Source: Bacillus subtilis subsp. subtilis str. 168 (lineage in GTDB: Bacteria; Bacillota; Bacilli; Bacillales; Bacillaceae). Taken from it: a DNA stretch of 32,000 nt. The position numbers and the translations under genes were made by a program. Below are positions 29,686 through 32,000 of the stretch, piece after piece. Each line of letters opens with the position of its first letter. Within the stretch, counting starts at the first letter, position 1. The notes under the pieces are model-generated. The model saw only the letters and a list, made by a program, of their open reading frames with translations. It had not been told where the DNA came from and made no database searches. The stretch is taken from positions 2,760,001 through 2,792,000 of the forward strand of contig NC_000964.3 of the NCBI RefSeq assembly GCF_000009045.1. Reading direction: 5' to 3'.

Positions 29686-31440
29686 CTATTTCTGATTGAT
29701 TTCAATTTCGTGTACTTTTTTAACAATATCATAAAACACCGAATTTGTCAGAGCCTTATCTCCCGGTGTATCCATGTGTAAAACAACTAGAGCGTATTTC
29801 GGCTTATCCGCGGGAAAATATCCGGCAAACCATTTTTCGTAGAGCGTTTCCTTCTCTTTTGAAAGCTTGCCTGTCTGGGCTGTGCCCGACTTCCCTGCTA
29901 CAGTATACGGAAGATCTTGAAACCTTCTGCCCGTTCCGGAAGGAGATTCTACTACCCGCCGCAGTATTTTTTGAAGCTGCTGTGACGTATATTTGTCTAT
30001 CGTTTCCCCTTTGAGCTTCTGATCTTTAAACGTAACGAGCGTTGTGCCGTTCTTATACTCAATTTGTTCGGCAATTTTCACCTGCCGTTTTTCTCCGCCG
30101 CGGGCGATTGTCGCCATCATATTGGCTACCTCCAGCGGCGTTACCTTTACATTTTTCTGCCCGATTGCTGTTTGCGCAATGGCTTTTTTGACTGATTTGT
30201 CTTTTTCATCCCCCCAAATCACGCCGCTTTTTTCGTTATACAGCTGGCGGAAATCGGTTTCGTGGTACAGTTTTCCCTCCCAGCCTGCCCGATCAGTGAG
30301 AGCCAGCTTCTCGGACATATCTTCAATAACCGAGCTGTCTTTTTTCATTAATTGTTCTGCAAGACTCGTAAATGTGTAATTACAGCTTTGGGCAAAACTT
30401 TCATCAAAAGACAAGGTGCCTTTGTCGTCCCCCGGTTCCCCGTACAGGTTTAAATTGCAATTAAAGGTTTGACTAGGCTTCACCATATTATTTTCGATTG
30501 CAGCTGCGGCAATGACTGTTTTAAAAACTGATCCGGGATAGATTGGCGTCAGCATATAATTTTGAAGTGTGTTTTGCCGGGACACGTCTGCATCTGGTTT
30601 GCTTACAATTCCCAGAACACTGCTATTTTCGATGTCCAGCAGCACAGCTCCTCCCTTTTTCAGCCCCTGTTCATCCAATACCTCCTCCATCGCTTTTTGA
30701 ATGCTTTGATCGATCGTTGTTTTGATCTGGAGCGGATAAAATGTATTGGCTTCAGCTGTATATTTGACGTCCATGCCAAACAAAGGGTTTCCTTTTCCGT
30801 CCACATGATATAAAAGCTTTGTGTCTTGTTCCGGAAGCAAAAACTCGTCAAATGTCCGTTCTAAACCGGTTGTTCCGATTTCTGTTGTAATCGGAAGGCT
30901 CTCCTTGTCAGGATATTTCTTGCGAAGCAGCGCCGGATCTTGGTTCGTGCTCCCTATCGTATGTGAAGCAAGGCTGGGCTTGTCTTCATTCTCCATATAT
31001 ACGCCGTAAATGCCGGGATATTTCAAAGAATTGATTTTTGTGATAGATTGTTTTGAAAGTGTTTTGATTTTCTTTTGCTGCAAAATGACCGGTTTTTTTG
31101 CCTGACCTAGTGTCTGGCGCAAATCATCTTCAGACATGCCGAGGATGTCCGCAACTTTTTTGATCGGCCAATCCTGCGTCAGCAGAAAAGGGAACAAAAC
31201 AACCGCAGGCTCGCTTTGTCCTGTCAGCGCCCGCCCGTTTCGATCTAAAAAAGAGCCTCTTCCATCTGAAATGAGCACTTCCTCCGTCCGCTGTTTCACA
31301 CTTTCTTGAATCAAATTAATTTTCTTTTTAGAAAATGATTCTGTGAAAAACAGCTGGATTTCTGCAAGTCTCAGCAGAAGCAGAAAAAATACAATCAAAA
31401 AAGCGATGACTGCCAGCTTCATTCGTTTCGATATCTTCAT
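29686..31440 (-). CDS. pbpI: Class B penicillin-binding protein (PBP4b)
   Basis: 584 aa from [14 protein letters not shown]. Transpeptidase motifs STxK-like [11 protein letters not shown]-like SCN and KSGTAQTG. Confidence 0.93.
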
Positions 31441-31493
31441 AAAAAAACACCTCACCCACATTGTGGACGAGGTGTTTCGCTGCTAAACAGATA

Positions 31494-31967
31494 TTATGAA
31501 ATTTTCACAATTTTCACGAGCATTTCTCCGCCCGGTGTTTGTACTGTGACTTCTTCATCTACTTTTTTGCCCAAGAGGCTTTTTGCGATCGGTGAATCGT
31601 TTGAGATTTTCCCTTCAAACGGGTCAGCTTCCGCGCTTCCGACGATCGTATATGATTCTTCATCACCGTCAGGCAGTTCGACGAAAGTGACGGTTTTACC
31701 CAAACCGACAACGTTAGAGCCGCCGTCATCTTCAATGATTTTCGCATTGCGAATCATATTTTCAAGAGTCGTCACGCGGCCCTCTACAAATGCCTGCTCT
31801 TCTTTCGCTGAATCGTATTCAGAGTTCTCGGAAAGGTCTCCGAAGCTTCTCGCAATTTTGATTCGCTCTACTACTTCTTTTCGTTTAACCGTTTTCAAAT
31901 ATTCTAATTCTTGTTCAAGTTTTTGTTTTCCTTCTGCAGTCATAGGAAAAACTTTCTCTTGTGCCAT
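31494..31967 (-). CDS. greA: Transcription elongation factor GreA
   Basis: 157 aa ([64 protein letters not shown]), typical GreA. Confidence 0.97.
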   Translation of the reverse strand: MAQEKVFPMTAEGKQKLEQELEYLKTVKRKEVVERIKIARSFGDLSENSEYDSAKEEQAFVEGRVTTLENMIRNAKIIEDDGGSNVVGLGKTVTFVELPDGDEESYTIVGSAEADPFEGKISNDSPIAKSLLGKKVDEEVTVQTPGGEMLVKIVKIS

Positions 31968-32000
31968 GTCCCTTCACTCCTTCTGGTTGTCCCTCAACAT

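Overview
The window reads as an ordinary chromosomal segment of a Bacillus subtilis-type genome. I identified it by recognising gene order and protein sequences from memory; no database search was run. Gene order: start of sacC (levanase), the fructose PTS operon levDEFG with its sigma-54 promoter, the regulator levR, amino-acid permease aapA, yrhP (LysE-type exporter) divergent from yrhO (TrmB-type regulator), the ECF sigma/anti-sigma pair sigV-rsiV with oatA and yrhK, the P450-reductase fusion cypB with its TetR-type repressor bscR/fatR, yrhH (methyltransferase) and yrzI. These are followed by a formate module (yrhG, yrhF, yrhE, yrhD), yrhC, the methionine-to-cysteine genes mccB, mccA, mtnN, yrrT, then yrzA, yrrS, pbpI and greA. 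I saw no rRNA, tRNA, CRISPR array, transposase, prophage or candidate defence system. The less explained features are: two short ORFs downstream of yrzI that are missing from the supplied track and end at a clean terminator; two stacked hairpins upstream of yrzI; a terminator-like hairpin in the yrhG leader; and a palindrome between levR and the levD promoter that looks like both a levR terminator and the LevR activator site. I found no convincing new biological system.
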